DNA from: an uncultured Chloroflexia bacterium
GTDB lineage: Bacteria; Chloroflexota; Limnocylindria; Limnocylindrales; CSP1-4
DNA length: 64,000 nt
Assembly: GCA_963766735.1 (NCBI GenBank)
Contig: CAVYBU010000008.1
Coordinates: forward strand, 288,001-352,000
Direction: 5' to 3'
The notes below the pieces were generated by a model that did not search any database, had not been told where the DNA came from, and saw nothing but the letters and a program-made list of their open reading frames with translations. Positions 22,692-32,719 of the stretch are shown here, in pieces. Position numbers and translations under genes: made by a program. Every line of letters starts with the position of its first letter. The stretch's first letter is position 1.

Positions 22692-23698
22692 TGGCGAACG
22701 CTCCGGCGGCGGGCTCGGCTCCCGGCCCCACGGCCACTGACGCCCCCGCGCGGCCGTCCACGTTCCGAATCTGGCTGCTCGCCGCCCGGCCGGCCACGCT
22801 CCCCGCGGCGCTCGCGGGCGTGGTCGTGGGCCTGGGCGCGGCGCTGGCCGTGGGTGCCCCGTTCCGCCTCGACACCGCGCTCGGGTGCATCGCGGTCGCG
22901 CTCCTGCTCCAGGTGGTCGCCAACTTTGCCAACGACCTGTCCGATTTCCGGCGCGGCGCCGACACGCCCGATCGCATGGGTCCCGTGCGCGTGGCGGCGG
23001 CCGGCCTGGTGACGGAGCGGCAGCTGGAGGCCGCGATCGCGATCACCATCGGGCTGGCCGGGATCGTCGGGCTGTGGCTGGCCGTGGTCGGTGGGCCGGT
23101 GCTCATCGCGCTCGGCGTGCTGGCGGTGGTCGCCGCGCTCGCCTACACGGGCGGGCCGTTCCCGTACGGCTACCGCGCGCTGGGCGAGGTCTTCGTCTTC
23201 ATCTTCTTCGGCCTGGTGGCGGTGACCGGAACGGCCTACCTCCAGGCGTTGCGGTTCGACGCGCTGTTCCTCGTCGTCGCCGTCCCGCCGGGGGCGTTGA
23301 TCACGGCGATCCTGGTCGTCAACAACCTGCGCGACATCCCCACCGACACGGCCGCCGGCAAGCGCACGCTCGCGGTGGTGCTGGGCAGGCGGGCGACGCA
23401 GGCGGAGTTCGGCTCGCTGCTGGGCATCTCCTACGCGGTGCCGGCGATCCTGGTCGCGGCCTGGCTCGCGGGCTGGTCGCCGACGGGAGGTGAGGCACCG
23501 CTGGTGCCGTTCGTGCTGCTGCCGATGCTCACCCTGCCGATGACCCGCCGCCTGCTGGCCGCGGTGCGCGGTTACGGCGAGGCACGCGAGCTCAACCTGG
23601 TCCTGAAGGGGACGGCGCGGCTGTCGCTGGTCTTCTCGTTGCTGTTCGCGCTGGGCCTGGCCCTCGCCGGGTCGTCGCTCGAGGGCCTGGCCGGGTGA
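22691..23698 (+). CDS. menA: 1,4-dihydroxy-2-naphthoate polyprenyltransferase
   Basis: WLLAARPATL, NFANDLSD, YTGGP.PYGY, NNLRDIPTD...GKRTL. Confidence 0.95.
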   Translation: MANAPAAGSAPGPTATDAPARPSTFRIWLLAARPATLPAALAGVVVGLGAALAVGAPFRLDTALGCIAVALLLQVVANFANDLSDFRRGADTPDRMGPVRVAAAGLVTERQLEAAIAITIGLAGIVGLWLAVVGGPVLIALGVLAVVAALAYTGGPFPYGYRALGEVFVFIFFGLVAVTGTAYLQALRFDALFLVVAVPPGALITAILVVNNLRDIPTDTAAGKRTLAVVLGRRATQAEFGSLLGISYAVPAILVAAWLAGWSPTGGEAPLVPFVLLPMLTLPMTRRLLAAVRGYGEARELNLVLKGTARLSLVFSLLFALGLALAGSSLEGLAG

Positions 23699-24814
23699 GC
23701 GCCGTCGTCTCGATGCGGGCAGACAAGGTGCGTATCCCGTTCCGTCGCCCGTTCCCCACCGCGCAGGGGATGTGGTTGGAGCGCGAGGCATGGATCATCC
23801 GGCTCGAGCACGTGGACGGCCGGCTCGGGCTGGGCGAGGCGGTGCTCGAGCCCGCGGACGGTGACACGGCGTCGGTCGTGCTCGACCACCTGGTGAACGA
23901 TGCCGTGGGGATGGCCCGGAACGGCCGCCTGCCGGCGGGACCGGAGCTCGAGATCCACGGCTCCCCGGGACGGGCGCTGCGGGCGGCGATCGATGCCGCC
24001 CTTCTGGACCTGGGGGGCGTGCCCGTCGAGGCCCTGGCCTCCGGCGGGATGGGTGTCGGTGTCAACGCGACGATCGCGTCGATCGGACCGGCGGAATCGG
24101 CCCAGGCCGCCCACCAGGCGATCCGGGCCGGCTTCACCACGCTCAAGCTCAAGGCCGGTGCGGAGCGCGAGACCGAGGTGCTGGTGGACCGGGTCCGCGC
24201 GGTCCGCTCGGCGGTGGGGCAGGACGTCCGGCTCCGGCTGGACGTGAACGGCGCCTGGGACCTGGAGACCGCAACCGAGCGCCTCCAGGCGATCGACCGG
24301 TTCGCCCTCGAATACGTCGAGCAGCCGCTCGCGGGCGACGACGCGGCGGACCTGGCCGAGCTCCGGCGGCGTGTTCGCACGCCCATCGCCGCGGACGAAT
24401 CGGTGACCTCGGTCCGGACCGCGCGCGAGCTGCTCGATGCCGCGGCCGTCGACGTGCTGGTCGTCAAGCCCGCGCGCGTCGGCGGGCCGGTGGCCGCGGC
24501 GGAGATCGCGGCCCTGGCCGCGGCGCGGGACGTGCCGGTGGTGGTGAGCACGCTGTTCGAGACGGGCGTCGGGATCGCCGCGGCGCTGGCCGTTGCCGCG
24601 GCGCTGCCTGCACGCCGCGGGGCAGGCCTGGAGCGGCCGCCGGATCACGGGCTGGCGACGGCCGGGGTCCTGGTAGCACGACCTGCTGGTCGAGGCGCTG
24701 CCCGTTGACGAGGGCCGGATGCGGGTGCCGGGCGGGCCTGGTGGGGCCCTGGGTATCACCATCGACGAGAGGGCACTGGCCCGGTTCCTGGTCGAGTCGG
24801 CCGGGGGCGGCTGA
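23695..24814 (+). CDS. menC: o-succinylbenzoate synthase (apparent +1 insertion near 24674)
   Basis: KLKAG, LDVNGAW, YVEQP, IAADES, VVKP; removing one T restores LEHDLL...GITIDERAL ending at a TGA that overlaps the menE ATG. Confidence 0.88.
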
Positions 24815-27177
24815 TGGGCGGCTGGTCGGCCGAGGGGCTGGTGCGGGCGCACGCCGCGGCCGTTGGCGATGCACCCGCGATCATCAAAGGGTCGGCGGTC
24901 TGCACCTGGGCGGACTTGGACCGACGATGCGAGGCGGTGGCGGCCGCAGTGCGCGGGGCGGGGGCGGCGAGTGGAGCCGTGGTCGCTGTGCTTGCCGAGC
25001 CATCGGCAGACGCGATCGCGGCGATCCTCGGCACGATGCGAGCGGGCGCGGTCGTGGCGCCAGTGCCCACGGGCCTGGCCTCACCGGAGCTGGCGGCGGC
25101 GCTCGACGTCCTGGCACCGGCCCTCGTGCTGCACGACGGGGGGCACCGCCTCGCGGTCGCGGGCACGGGCTTCCGCGGAGTCACTCTCGACACTGCCATC
25201 GCCGCTCCGCTCTCGCCCGTCTCGCCCGTCTCGGCGAACCCGGCGGTCGGCGTGGTGTTCGACCCCGAGGCAGCCGCCGTCATCGTCCTGACCTCGGGCA
25301 CGACCGGGCGGCCGAAGGGCGTCGTCCTGTCGGGCCGGGCGATGGCAGCGAGCGCGGAATCGTGGCTCGGGGCCCTGCCGCCAGCCACCGGCTGGCTGCT
25401 GGCGCTGGGCCTGGGGCATGTGGCAGGTCTCGGGATCCTGTGGCGGGCGATCGCCCGGCGAGTCCCTGTCCGGATCGTCGACCGCGCCGATCCGGCCGTC
25501 CTCCTTGCTGCGCTGGTCGCCGACCCGGCACCGAGTCACGTTTCGCTGGTCCCGGCCCAGCTCATCCGCCTGCTCGATGCCGCCGGCGATGTTCCGCCCC
25601 CGGCTTCGCTCCGCGCCGTGCTCCTCGGCGGGGGCCCCATCCCGCCTGCGCTTGTCGTCCGTGCGATCCGGTCCGGGTGGCCGGTCATGCCCACGTACGG
25701 CCTGTCCGAGACGGGTTCGGGGGCGACCGCCCTGTCGGCGACCGAGGCCCCGACCTCCCCAGAATCCGCTGGTCGGCCGCTGCCGGATGTCCGCATCGCC
25801 ATCGACCAGCCGGGCGCGGACGGGGTGGGGGAGATCATGGTGGAGACGGCGGCACGCTTCTCCGGCTACCTGGGCGAGCGCGGAGGTTCGGGCCCTGTCA
25901 GGGATCCCGTCCGCACCGGCGACCTGGGCCGCATCGACGGCGAAGGCCGACTGTTCGTCATCGACCGCCGCCTCGACCGCATCGTCCGCGGCGGCGAGAA
26001 CATCGCCCCGGCCGAGGTGGAGTCCGTCCTGGTCGCGCACCCGGCCATCAGCGATGCCGTCGTCGTCGGGCGCCCGGATGCGCTCTGGGGCCACGTCCCG
26101 GCAGCGGCGATCGTCCTCGCCGATGGCGCCGCGGACCCCGGTGACGAGGCACTTGCAGCCCACGCCCGCTCGTCCTTGGCCGGGTTCAAGGTCCCCGTGT
26201 CGTTCCTGCGCCTGGACGCCCTGCCGCGCACGTCCGGCGGCAAGCTCCGCCGGGAGGCCGTCCGTGCGCTCCTCGCGGGAGAGAGAACCGGGGTCCTTGC
26301 CCGTCCAGGCGGCGCCCGGATCGGCTGGCGGATAACGGGATCAGGGTCGCTCGCGCTGTTGCTCCTCCACGGGACGCTCTCGAACGCCCGGCAGCTGGAC
26401 CGGCTCGCCGCGACGCTCGCGCGGCGTGGGGATCTCACCGTCCACGCCCTCGACCGGCGTGGGAGCGGCTCCGGGCGTCTTGCCCCGGGCGCGCCGATCG
26501 TCGGACTGGATCTCGCCGTCCACCTGGCGGACATCGTCGCGTACCTCGACGTGCGGGATATCGAGCGAGCTGCGATCGTCGGCGTGAGCTTCGGAGGCGT
26601 CCTGGGCCTGGAGCTGGCGGCCCGGCACCCGGAGCGCGTCGCGGCGGTCGTTGCGTTCGAGCCGCCGTACGGGCCGCTGGCCGATGAGCGGACACGAGCC
26701 GCATTCGGCATGCTGGCCGGGGCAACCGCGGACGCGCATCGCACGGGCGGTGCTGCCGCGGCGGCCGAGACGTTCCTGCGGGCGGTCGCGGGCAACGCCG
26801 CATGGGAGCGCCTGCCGCCGCGGAGCCGCGCGTTCCTCGCCCGCGAGGGTGACGGCGCCGCCGCGGACGCCGCCCTGACCGGCACGCGGCCGGAGGAGCT
26901 TGCATCCATCACCGCCCCGGTGGCCATCCTCACAGGCGGCGCGAGCGAACCCATCTACGGCCCCATCGCGGATGCCCTCGCCGCGCGCATCCCCGGGGCT
27001 CACCGGGATACCCTCGATGGTCTCGGCCACGCCTCGCCCATCACGCAGCCGGCCCCCGTGGCGGCCGCGATCCGCCGGGCGCTCGGGCTGGCCGGCCTCG
27101 TGGTCGAACCGCCACCTGACCCCGACCCCGTCCTCGAGCCGGTCTCGTCGACCAGTGACCCGGAGCACGCCGCATGA
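24814..27177 (+). CDS. menE: OSB-CoA ligase MenE fused to a C-terminal alpha/beta hydrolase
   Basis: LTSGTTGRPKG, TYGLSET, TGDLG, GGENI, LPRTSGGK, then LLHG, LDRRGSG, GVSFGG, LGH. Confidence 0.88.
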   Translation: MGGWSAEGLVRAHAAAVGDAPAIIKGSAVCTWADLDRRCEAVAAAVRGAGAASGAVVAVLAEPSADAIAAILGTMRAGAVVAPVPTGLASPELAAALDVLAPALVLHDGGHRLAVAGTGFRGVTLDTAIAAPLSPVSPVSANPAVGVVFDPEAAAVIVLTSGTTGRPKGVVLSGRAMAASAESWLGALPPATGWLLALGLGHVAGLGILWRAIARRVPVRIVDRADPAVLLAALVADPAPSHVSLVPAQLIRLLDAAGDVPPPASLRAVLLGGGPIPPALVVRAIRSGWPVMPTYGLSETGSGATALSATEAPTSPESAGRPLPDVRIAIDQPGADGVGEIMVETAARFSGYLGERGGSGPVRDPVRTGDLGRIDGEGRLFVIDRRLDRIVRGGENIAPAEVESVLVAHPAISDAVVVGRPDALWGHVPAAAIVLADGAADPGDEALAAHARSSLAGFKVPVSFLRLDALPRTSGGKLRREAVRALLAGERTGVLARPGGARIGWRITGSGSLALLLLHGTLSNARQLDRLAATLARRGDLTVHALDRRGSGSGRLAPGAPIVGLDLAVHLADIVAYLDVRDIERAAIVGVSFGGVLGLELAARHPERVAAVVAFEPPYGPLADERTRAAFGMLAGATADAHRTGGAAAAAETFLRAVAGNAAWERLPPRSRAFLAREGDGAAADAALTGTRPEELASITAPVAILTGGASEPIYGPIADALAARIPGAHRDTLDGLGHASPITQPAPVAAAIRRALGLAGLVVEPPPDPDPVLEPVSSTSDPEHAA

Positions 27178-27926
27178 CCCCCGTCCCGCCTCCCGACCAC
27201 ACCCCCTCCGGTGACTCCACCGGCGCCGGCAACGCCGCGGGCCAGCCCGAGGTCCAGGTCATGTTCGACCGGATCGCGCCCCGGTATGACCTCATGAACC
27301 TCCTCATATCCGCGTTCCAGGAGCCGCGCTGGCGTCGCAGGCTGGTGGCGCATGCCGCCCTTCGCCCCGGCGGCGCCGCGCTGGACGTCGCCTCGGGTAC
27401 CGGCAAGGTGGCCGCGGATCTCCACGCCCGGGTCCAGCCGGGCGGCCGTGTCCAGGGCGTGGACCTCTCGCCCGGGATGACCGCCGTCGCCCAGCGTCGG
27501 TACGCGGATCGGCCGGGGCTGACCTATATCGTCGGCGATGCCCTCGCCCTGCCGACAGCCGATGCCGACTTCGACGCCGCGACCATCGCCTTCGGCATGC
27601 GCAATCTCCCGGATTACAGGCAGGGCTTCGCCGAGATGGCGCGCTCCGTCCGGCCGGGTGGCAGGGTGCTCTGCCTCGAGATCGCGCGGCCGCGCAGCCG
27701 GCTCGCCCGGTTCATGCGCTGGTGGTTCGATCGCATCGTTCCAGTCATCGGCAGAGTCGCCGGGCAGGGTGGCGCGTACGGCTACCTGGTCAAGAGCGTG
27801 CAGGCCTACCCGTCGCCGGAACGGATCGCGGAGATCATGCGCGAGGCGGGCCTGGTCGACGTGACGTGGCAGGGCCTGACCGGCGGGATCGTGACGCTGC
27901 ACGAGGGAACCGTCCCGCCGCGCTGA
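27174..27926 (+). CDS. menG: demethylmenaquinone methyltransferase (MenG/UbiE)
   Basis: MFDRIAPRYDLMN, LDVASGTG, IAFGMRN, AYGYL..S. Confidence 0.95.
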   Translation: MTPVPPPDHTPSGDSTGAGNAAGQPEVQVMFDRIAPRYDLMNLLISAFQEPRWRRRLVAHAALRPGGAALDVASGTGKVAADLHARVQPGGRVQGVDLSPGMTAVAQRRYADRPGLTYIVGDALALPTADADFDAATIAFGMRNLPDYRQGFAEMARSVRPGGRVLCLEIARPRSRLARFMRWWFDRIVPVIGRVAGQGGAYGYLVKSVQAYPSPERIAEIMREAGLVDVTWQGLTGGIVTLHEGTVPPR

Positions 27927-28061
27927 GGTCGGCGTCCCGCAACCCGTGCGGAGGTCCGCCAACCGTACCGGACCCCACCGTACCTCCGCGCCATGGCGGC
28001 CGAGTATCGGACCAGCCAGCCTGACCCGTGACGCTCCCCATCACAACCAAGGAGTCACATC

Positions 28062-29423
28062 GTGCCGCGCATCACCAGCCGGGTGTTCACGGATCTGGCG
28101 GTCTGGATGACCGGTTTCGGTCTTGCGATCGGCCTCGTCTTTCCGCCGTTCTGCCTTCTCCTCGGCCTGCCGGCCGCGTCGGTGCTGACGCCGGCGTTCT
28201 TCGCGGCGACGCTGGCGGCCGGGCTCGCGGTCGGAGCCGTCAACTTCGCCCTCGCGCGCCTTGTCGTCGGACGCAGGTTCCGGCACCTGGCCGAGGCGAT
28301 GACAACCGTGGAATCGCAGCTGGCGTCCGCCGTGTACACGCAGGACTGGAGCGGCTGTGATCCGGAGCGATGCGCGCTCGCGGTCGATTCGGACGACGAG
28401 GCCGGCTCCTCCGCACGTGCCTTCAACAGCCTGATCCGGACCCTCGCCAAGAGCCACGCGGTGGAATCTGCGATGCACGACTTCAGCGGCGTCCTGTCGC
28501 GCGAATTCGAGCTCGAGGGCCTGGGATCCTCGGCGCTCGACGGTCTGCTCAGGCACACCGCATCCGAAGCGGGCGCGATGCTGGTCGTCCGGGAGGATGA
28601 GCTCGTCCCGCTCGCGAGCCACGGCATCCGCGCCCCCGAGAACCTGGCCGCCAACGACCACGTGCGGCGCGTCGTGCGGCTGGGCCAGATCGAGCGCTTG
28701 CGCGTCGAGGCGCAGGAGCTGGTCGTGGACTCCCTCCTGGTGGGCGTCGCCGCACGGGAGATCCTCGTCGTCCCGGTCGAGTTCAAGAGCGTCCCGCTCG
28801 GCGTGATCGTGCTTGCGACCACCGGCACGTTCGAGCGCGACGACATCGAGCTGCTCGACCACCTCAGGACCGACCTCGGTCTCGCGGTGAACAACGCCCT
28901 CGCGCATGACCGTCTGGAGCGCCTGGCCGCGATCGACCCGCTCACCGACGCGTACAACCGCCGGTTCGGGCTCGGCCGCCTGCGCGAGGAGTTCTCGCGA
29001 GCCGTTCGCGCCGAGGCTCCGCTCGGCATCCTGATGCTGGACATCGACCACTTCAAGGCCGTCAACGACACCTACGGCCACCTCGTCGGCGACCGTGTCC
29101 TGCGCGCGGTGGCAGGTGCCTGCCGGCGCGTCATCCGGGAAGGGGACGTGCTGGTCCGCTACGGCGGCGAGGAGTTCCTCGTGCTGCTGCCGGGCGCCGG
29201 CCGTGACGACGTCGTCCAGGCCGCCGAACGGATCCGCCGCGCCGTGTCCGAGACGACGGTCGAGGACGGAGCCAGCCGGATCACCGTCACCGTGAGCCTC
29301 GGCGCCACCACCTACGCGGATGCCAGCGAGACACCGGAGGCGCTGGTCGCGATCGCGGACCACGCGCTGTACGAGTCGAAGGACGGTGGCCGCAACCGGG
29401 TGACGGTGGGCGGCGCTCGGTGA
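28062..29423 (+). CDS. membrane-anchored GAF-GGDEF diguanylate cyclase
   Basis: N-terminal TMs; DPLT..YNRR, DIDHFK.VND.YGH..GD, REGD I-site, RYGGEEF. Confidence 0.93.
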   Translation: MPRITSRVFTDLAVWMTGFGLAIGLVFPPFCLLLGLPAASVLTPAFFAATLAAGLAVGAVNFALARLVVGRRFRHLAEAMTTVESQLASAVYTQDWSGCDPERCALAVDSDDEAGSSARAFNSLIRTLAKSHAVESAMHDFSGVLSREFELEGLGSSALDGLLRHTASEAGAMLVVREDELVPLASHGIRAPENLAANDHVRRVVRLGQIERLRVEAQELVVDSLLVGVAAREILVVPVEFKSVPLGVIVLATTGTFERDDIELLDHLRTDLGLAVNNALAHDRLERLAAIDPLTDAYNRRFGLGRLREEFSRAVRAEAPLGILMLDIDHFKAVNDTYGHLVGDRVLRAVAGACRRVIREGDVLVRYGGEEFLVLLPGAGRDDVVQAAERIRRAVSETTVEDGASRITVTVSLGATTYADASETPEALVAIADHALYESKDGGRNRVTVGGAR

Positions 29424-29439
29424 CCGGCCCGGCCGCGTT

Positions 29440-29512
29440 CCAGACGGGAGCGCCCCAGACGGTGCCGCCCCGGGCGGTCCCGCCGCAGTCAACGCCGCAG
29501 ACGGTCCCGCCA
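29440..29512. repeat. degenerate ~15-nt tandem repeat (CAGACGGTCCCGCC-like)
   Basis: About 4 imperfect copies between the GGDEF and MFS genes. Confidence 0.55.
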
Positions 29513-29541
29513 GGGTAGAGGCACCCGGTATCCTGCGGCGC

Positions 29542-30819
29542 GTGCGATCCCCGCTCGCGCCCGTCGTCGAGACCGTCGCTCCCGCGCGGCTTGGCCGGAG
29601 CTTCCGCTGGCTCCTTGCGGAGTCGGTCGTCACCAACGTCGGCGACGGCGTCGCGCTCGCCGCCGGGCCGCTGCTGGTCGCCTCGCAGACCCGAGACCCG
29701 CTGCTGGTCTCGATGGCGCTCATGGCTCAGGTCCTGCCGGCCCTCCTGTTCGGGGTGGTGGCCGGTGCCATCGCCGATCGCCACGATCGCCGGCGGATCG
29801 TGATGGCAGTGAACCTCGTCCGGGCGGGTGTGCTGACCGTTCTCGCCGCCACGATCGTGACCGGGGCCGTGAACATCGCCGCCGTGCTGGCGGCCCTGTT
29901 CGTCATGGGCACCGCGGAAACCTTCGCCGACGTGGGCAGCAGCAGCCTGCTTCCCCGCCTCGTGCGCCGCGAGGATCTCGGGATCGCCAATGCCCGGCTG
30001 CAGAGCGCCTTCCTGCTCACCAACCAGCTGCTCATGCCGCCGATCGGTGCGTTCCTGTTCGCCGTCGGCATGGCGCTGCCGTTCGCAACCAACGCGGTCT
30101 GCTTCGCGCTTGGCGCGCTGCTCGTGTCGCGGATCGTGCTGTCGCCGAGGGACGAATCCGAGCCGGTGCAGGCGCCTTCGGGCCTGCGGGCGGACATGGC
30201 GGCGGGCCTGCGCTGGCTGCTGGCACACCCGCCCATGCGGACCCTGGCCCTCACGATCTTCGCGTTCAACGTCACGTTTGGGGCGGCGTGGTCCGTGCTC
30301 GTCCTGTACGCGCAGGAGCGCCTGGGGATGAACGACGTGGGGTTCGGCCTGCTGACGACGGCGATGGCGGTCGGCGGGATCATCGGGACCGCGTCCTACG
30401 GGCGCCTTGAGCGCCGGTTCGCGCTGGGCGACATCATGCGGGTCGGCCTGCTGATCGAGACGGTGACGCACCTCGTGCTCGCGCTGACCACGTCGGCGGG
30501 GGTCGCGCTGGCCACCTTCGTCGTGTTCGGCGCGCATGCCTTCGTGTGGGGCACGACATCCACCGTGGTCCGTCAGCGCGCCGTGCCCGATCCGATGCTG
30601 GGGCGCGTGACCGGCGTCTACACGGTGGCGAGCTTTGCCGGGATCGTCGCGGGGACCCCGATCGGCGGGCTGCTCGCCCGCCAGTTCGGGATCACGGCGC
30701 CGTTCTGGTTCGGGTTCATCGGGTCGGTGCTGCTGGTCCTCGTCCTCTGGCGCCAGTTCCCGAAGATCGCCCACGCCGGGACGGCGGAAGCAGGCAGGGC
30801 ATCGACTGACACTGGCTGA
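29542..30819 (+). CDS. MFS transporter
   Basis: About 12 TMs; GAIADRHDRRR motif A; VPDPMLGRV. Confidence 0.9.
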   Translation: MRSPLAPVVETVAPARLGRSFRWLLAESVVTNVGDGVALAAGPLLVASQTRDPLLVSMALMAQVLPALLFGVVAGAIADRHDRRRIVMAVNLVRAGVLTVLAATIVTGAVNIAAVLAALFVMGTAETFADVGSSSLLPRLVRREDLGIANARLQSAFLLTNQLLMPPIGAFLFAVGMALPFATNAVCFALGALLVSRIVLSPRDESEPVQAPSGLRADMAAGLRWLLAHPPMRTLALTIFAFNVTFGAAWSVLVLYAQERLGMNDVGFGLLTTAMAVGGIIGTASYGRLERRFALGDIMRVGLLIETVTHLVLALTTSAGVALATFVVFGAHAFVWGTTSTVVRQRAVPDPMLGRVTGVYTVASFAGIVAGTPIGGLLARQFGITAPFWFGFIGSVLLVLVLWRQFPKIAHAGTAEAGRASTDTG

Positions 30820-30927
30820 CGCCCGGCCCCCGTCGGCGGGTGCCGTGCCGGTCCCCGCGACCGGGACGCCGCCACGCCGGAGGCCTGACTGACCGGACCG
30901 GAACCGCTGCGGTACCATGCCCCGCCG

Positions 30928-31869
30928 ATGCCCGATCCGACGACCCCCGCGCCGCTCATCCAGGCCCGGGGCCTGACCAAGCGCTTCGGCACGCTCACCG
31001 CGGTCGATGCCGTCGATTTCGATGTCGCGCCCGCAGAGAGCTTCGGCTTCCTCGGCCCGAACGGCGCCGGCAAGACGAGCATCATGCGCATGGTCGCGTG
31101 CGTATCGCCGGTCACGGAAGGGACCCTGCGGATCCTCGACCTGGACCCCGCCACTGATGGCGCGCGGATCCGCGGCCGCCTGGGTGTCGTGCCCCAGCAG
31201 GACACGCTGGACACAGAGCTCTCGGTCCGCGACAACCTGGTGATCTACGGCCGCTACTTCGGTCTCAGCCGTGTGGAGGCGGGCCGGCGCGCCGGAGAGC
31301 TGCTCGACTTCGCGCAGCTCGGCGAGCGGGCGAACGACAAGGTGGAGCCGCTGTCGGGCGGCATGAAGCGGCGCCTGACGATCGCCCGCGCCCTGATCAA
31401 CGAGCCGTCGATCCTGCTGCTGGACGAGCCGACGACCGGTCTCGATCCGCAGGCCCGCCACCTCCTGTGGGAGCGGCTGTACCGGCTCAAGCAGCGTGGC
31501 GTGACGCTCGTCCTGACCACCCACTACATGGACGAGGCGGAGCAGCTCTGCGACCGCCTCGTGGTCATGGACAAGGCGAGGATCGTGGCCGAGGGCTCAC
31601 CGCGGAGCCTGATCGGGCAGTGGTCCACGCGGGAGGTCACGGAGATGCGTTTCCCGGTCGGGGTGCAGGAGACGCTTGAGGGCAAGCTGGACGGCCTGGG
31701 CGAGCGGATCGAGATGCTGCCGGACCGCGTCCTCGTCTACTCCGATGACGGCGAGGCGGTCGCGGTCGCCGCCCACCAGCGGGGTCTCGTGCCCGAGACG
31801 GTGCTCGTGCGGCGCAGCTCGCTGGAGGACGTGTTCCTGCGGCTCACCGGCCGCAGCCTGGTGGACTGA
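30928..31869 (+). CDS. ABC exporter ATP-binding subunit (NodI/DrrA-like)
   Basis: GPNGAGKT, LSGGMKRRL, LLLDEPTTGLDP, LTTHYMDEAE. Confidence 0.95.
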   Translation: MPDPTTPAPLIQARGLTKRFGTLTAVDAVDFDVAPAESFGFLGPNGAGKTSIMRMVACVSPVTEGTLRILDLDPATDGARIRGRLGVVPQQDTLDTELSVRDNLVIYGRYFGLSRVEAGRRAGELLDFAQLGERANDKVEPLSGGMKRRLTIARALINEPSILLLDEPTTGLDPQARHLLWERLYRLKQRGVTLVLTTHYMDEAEQLCDRLVVMDKARIVAEGSPRSLIGQWSTREVTEMRFPVGVQETLEGKLDGLGERIEMLPDRVLVYSDDGEAVAVAAHQRGLVPETVLVRRSSLEDVFLRLTGRSLVD

Positions 31870-32717
31870 TGGCCGTCGCGGAGGTCCCGGGGCGACCGCA
31901 GGCACCGGGCACCGGGGCGTCCATCCCCCGCCCGAGCCGCCTCGCCGGCCTGCGCGCCACGTATGAGCACCAGTGGCTGCTCTACGTGCGGACCTGGCGC
32001 GGATCGATCTTCGGCAACTTCGCCCAGCCGGTCCTGTTCCTGGTCGCGATGGGCATGGGCCTGGGCTCCTACGTGGACGCCGCGGGCAGCGACGCGATGG
32101 GCGGCGTGCCGTACCTGCAGTTCCTGGCGCCGGCCCTGCTCGTCTCCACGGTCATGCAGGGCTCGGTGTTCGAGGCCACCTTCCCTGTCCTCTCCGGGTT
32201 CACCTGGGTTCGCCGCTACCACGCGATGTACGCGACCCCGCTGACCCCATACGCGATCGCGTTCGGCCAGCTGGCCTGGATCGCCACGCGAGCAACGCTC
32301 GTGGGCTCGATCTTCCTGGTGGTCATCCTGCTGTTCGGGGCCGCCGCGACGCCCGGGATCATCCTCGCGGTGCCGGTGGGGACGTTGACGGCGCTCGCTT
32401 TCGCCGGGCCGATCGCCGCGTTCATGTCCTCGCAGCGCGACACGTCCGCCTTCAACGTGATCTGGCGTTTCGGGATCACGCCGCTGTTCCTGTTCTCGGG
32501 CACCTTCTTCCCGATCGAGCAACTACCGGAGCAGATCCGCTGGATGGCGTGGCTGCTGCCTCTGTGGCACGGCGTGGACCTCGCCCGGGCGCTCGCGCTG
32601 GGGACGGTGGCCGAGGATCCTCTCGTGCAGCTGGCCCACCTGGTGATCCTGGGCTCGTGCGCGATCGGGGGGTCAATCGCGATGTTCGTCATGTTCCGTC
32701 GCCGGCTGGAGCGCTGA
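31869..32717 (+). CDS. ABC-2 type permease
   Basis: YLQFLAP, PLFLFSGTFFP; TGATG overlap with the ATPase. Confidence 0.9.
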   Translation: MAVAEVPGRPQAPGTGASIPRPSRLAGLRATYEHQWLLYVRTWRGSIFGNFAQPVLFLVAMGMGLGSYVDAAGSDAMGGVPYLQFLAPALLVSTVMQGSVFEATFPVLSGFTWVRRYHAMYATPLTPYAIAFGQLAWIATRATLVGSIFLVVILLFGAAATPGIILAVPVGTLTALAFAGPIAAFMSSQRDTSAFNVIWRFGITPLFLFSGTFFPIEQLPEQIRWMAWLLPLWHGVDLARALALGTVAEDPLVQLAHLVILGSCAIGGSIAMFVMFRRRLER

Positions 32718-32719
32718 CG

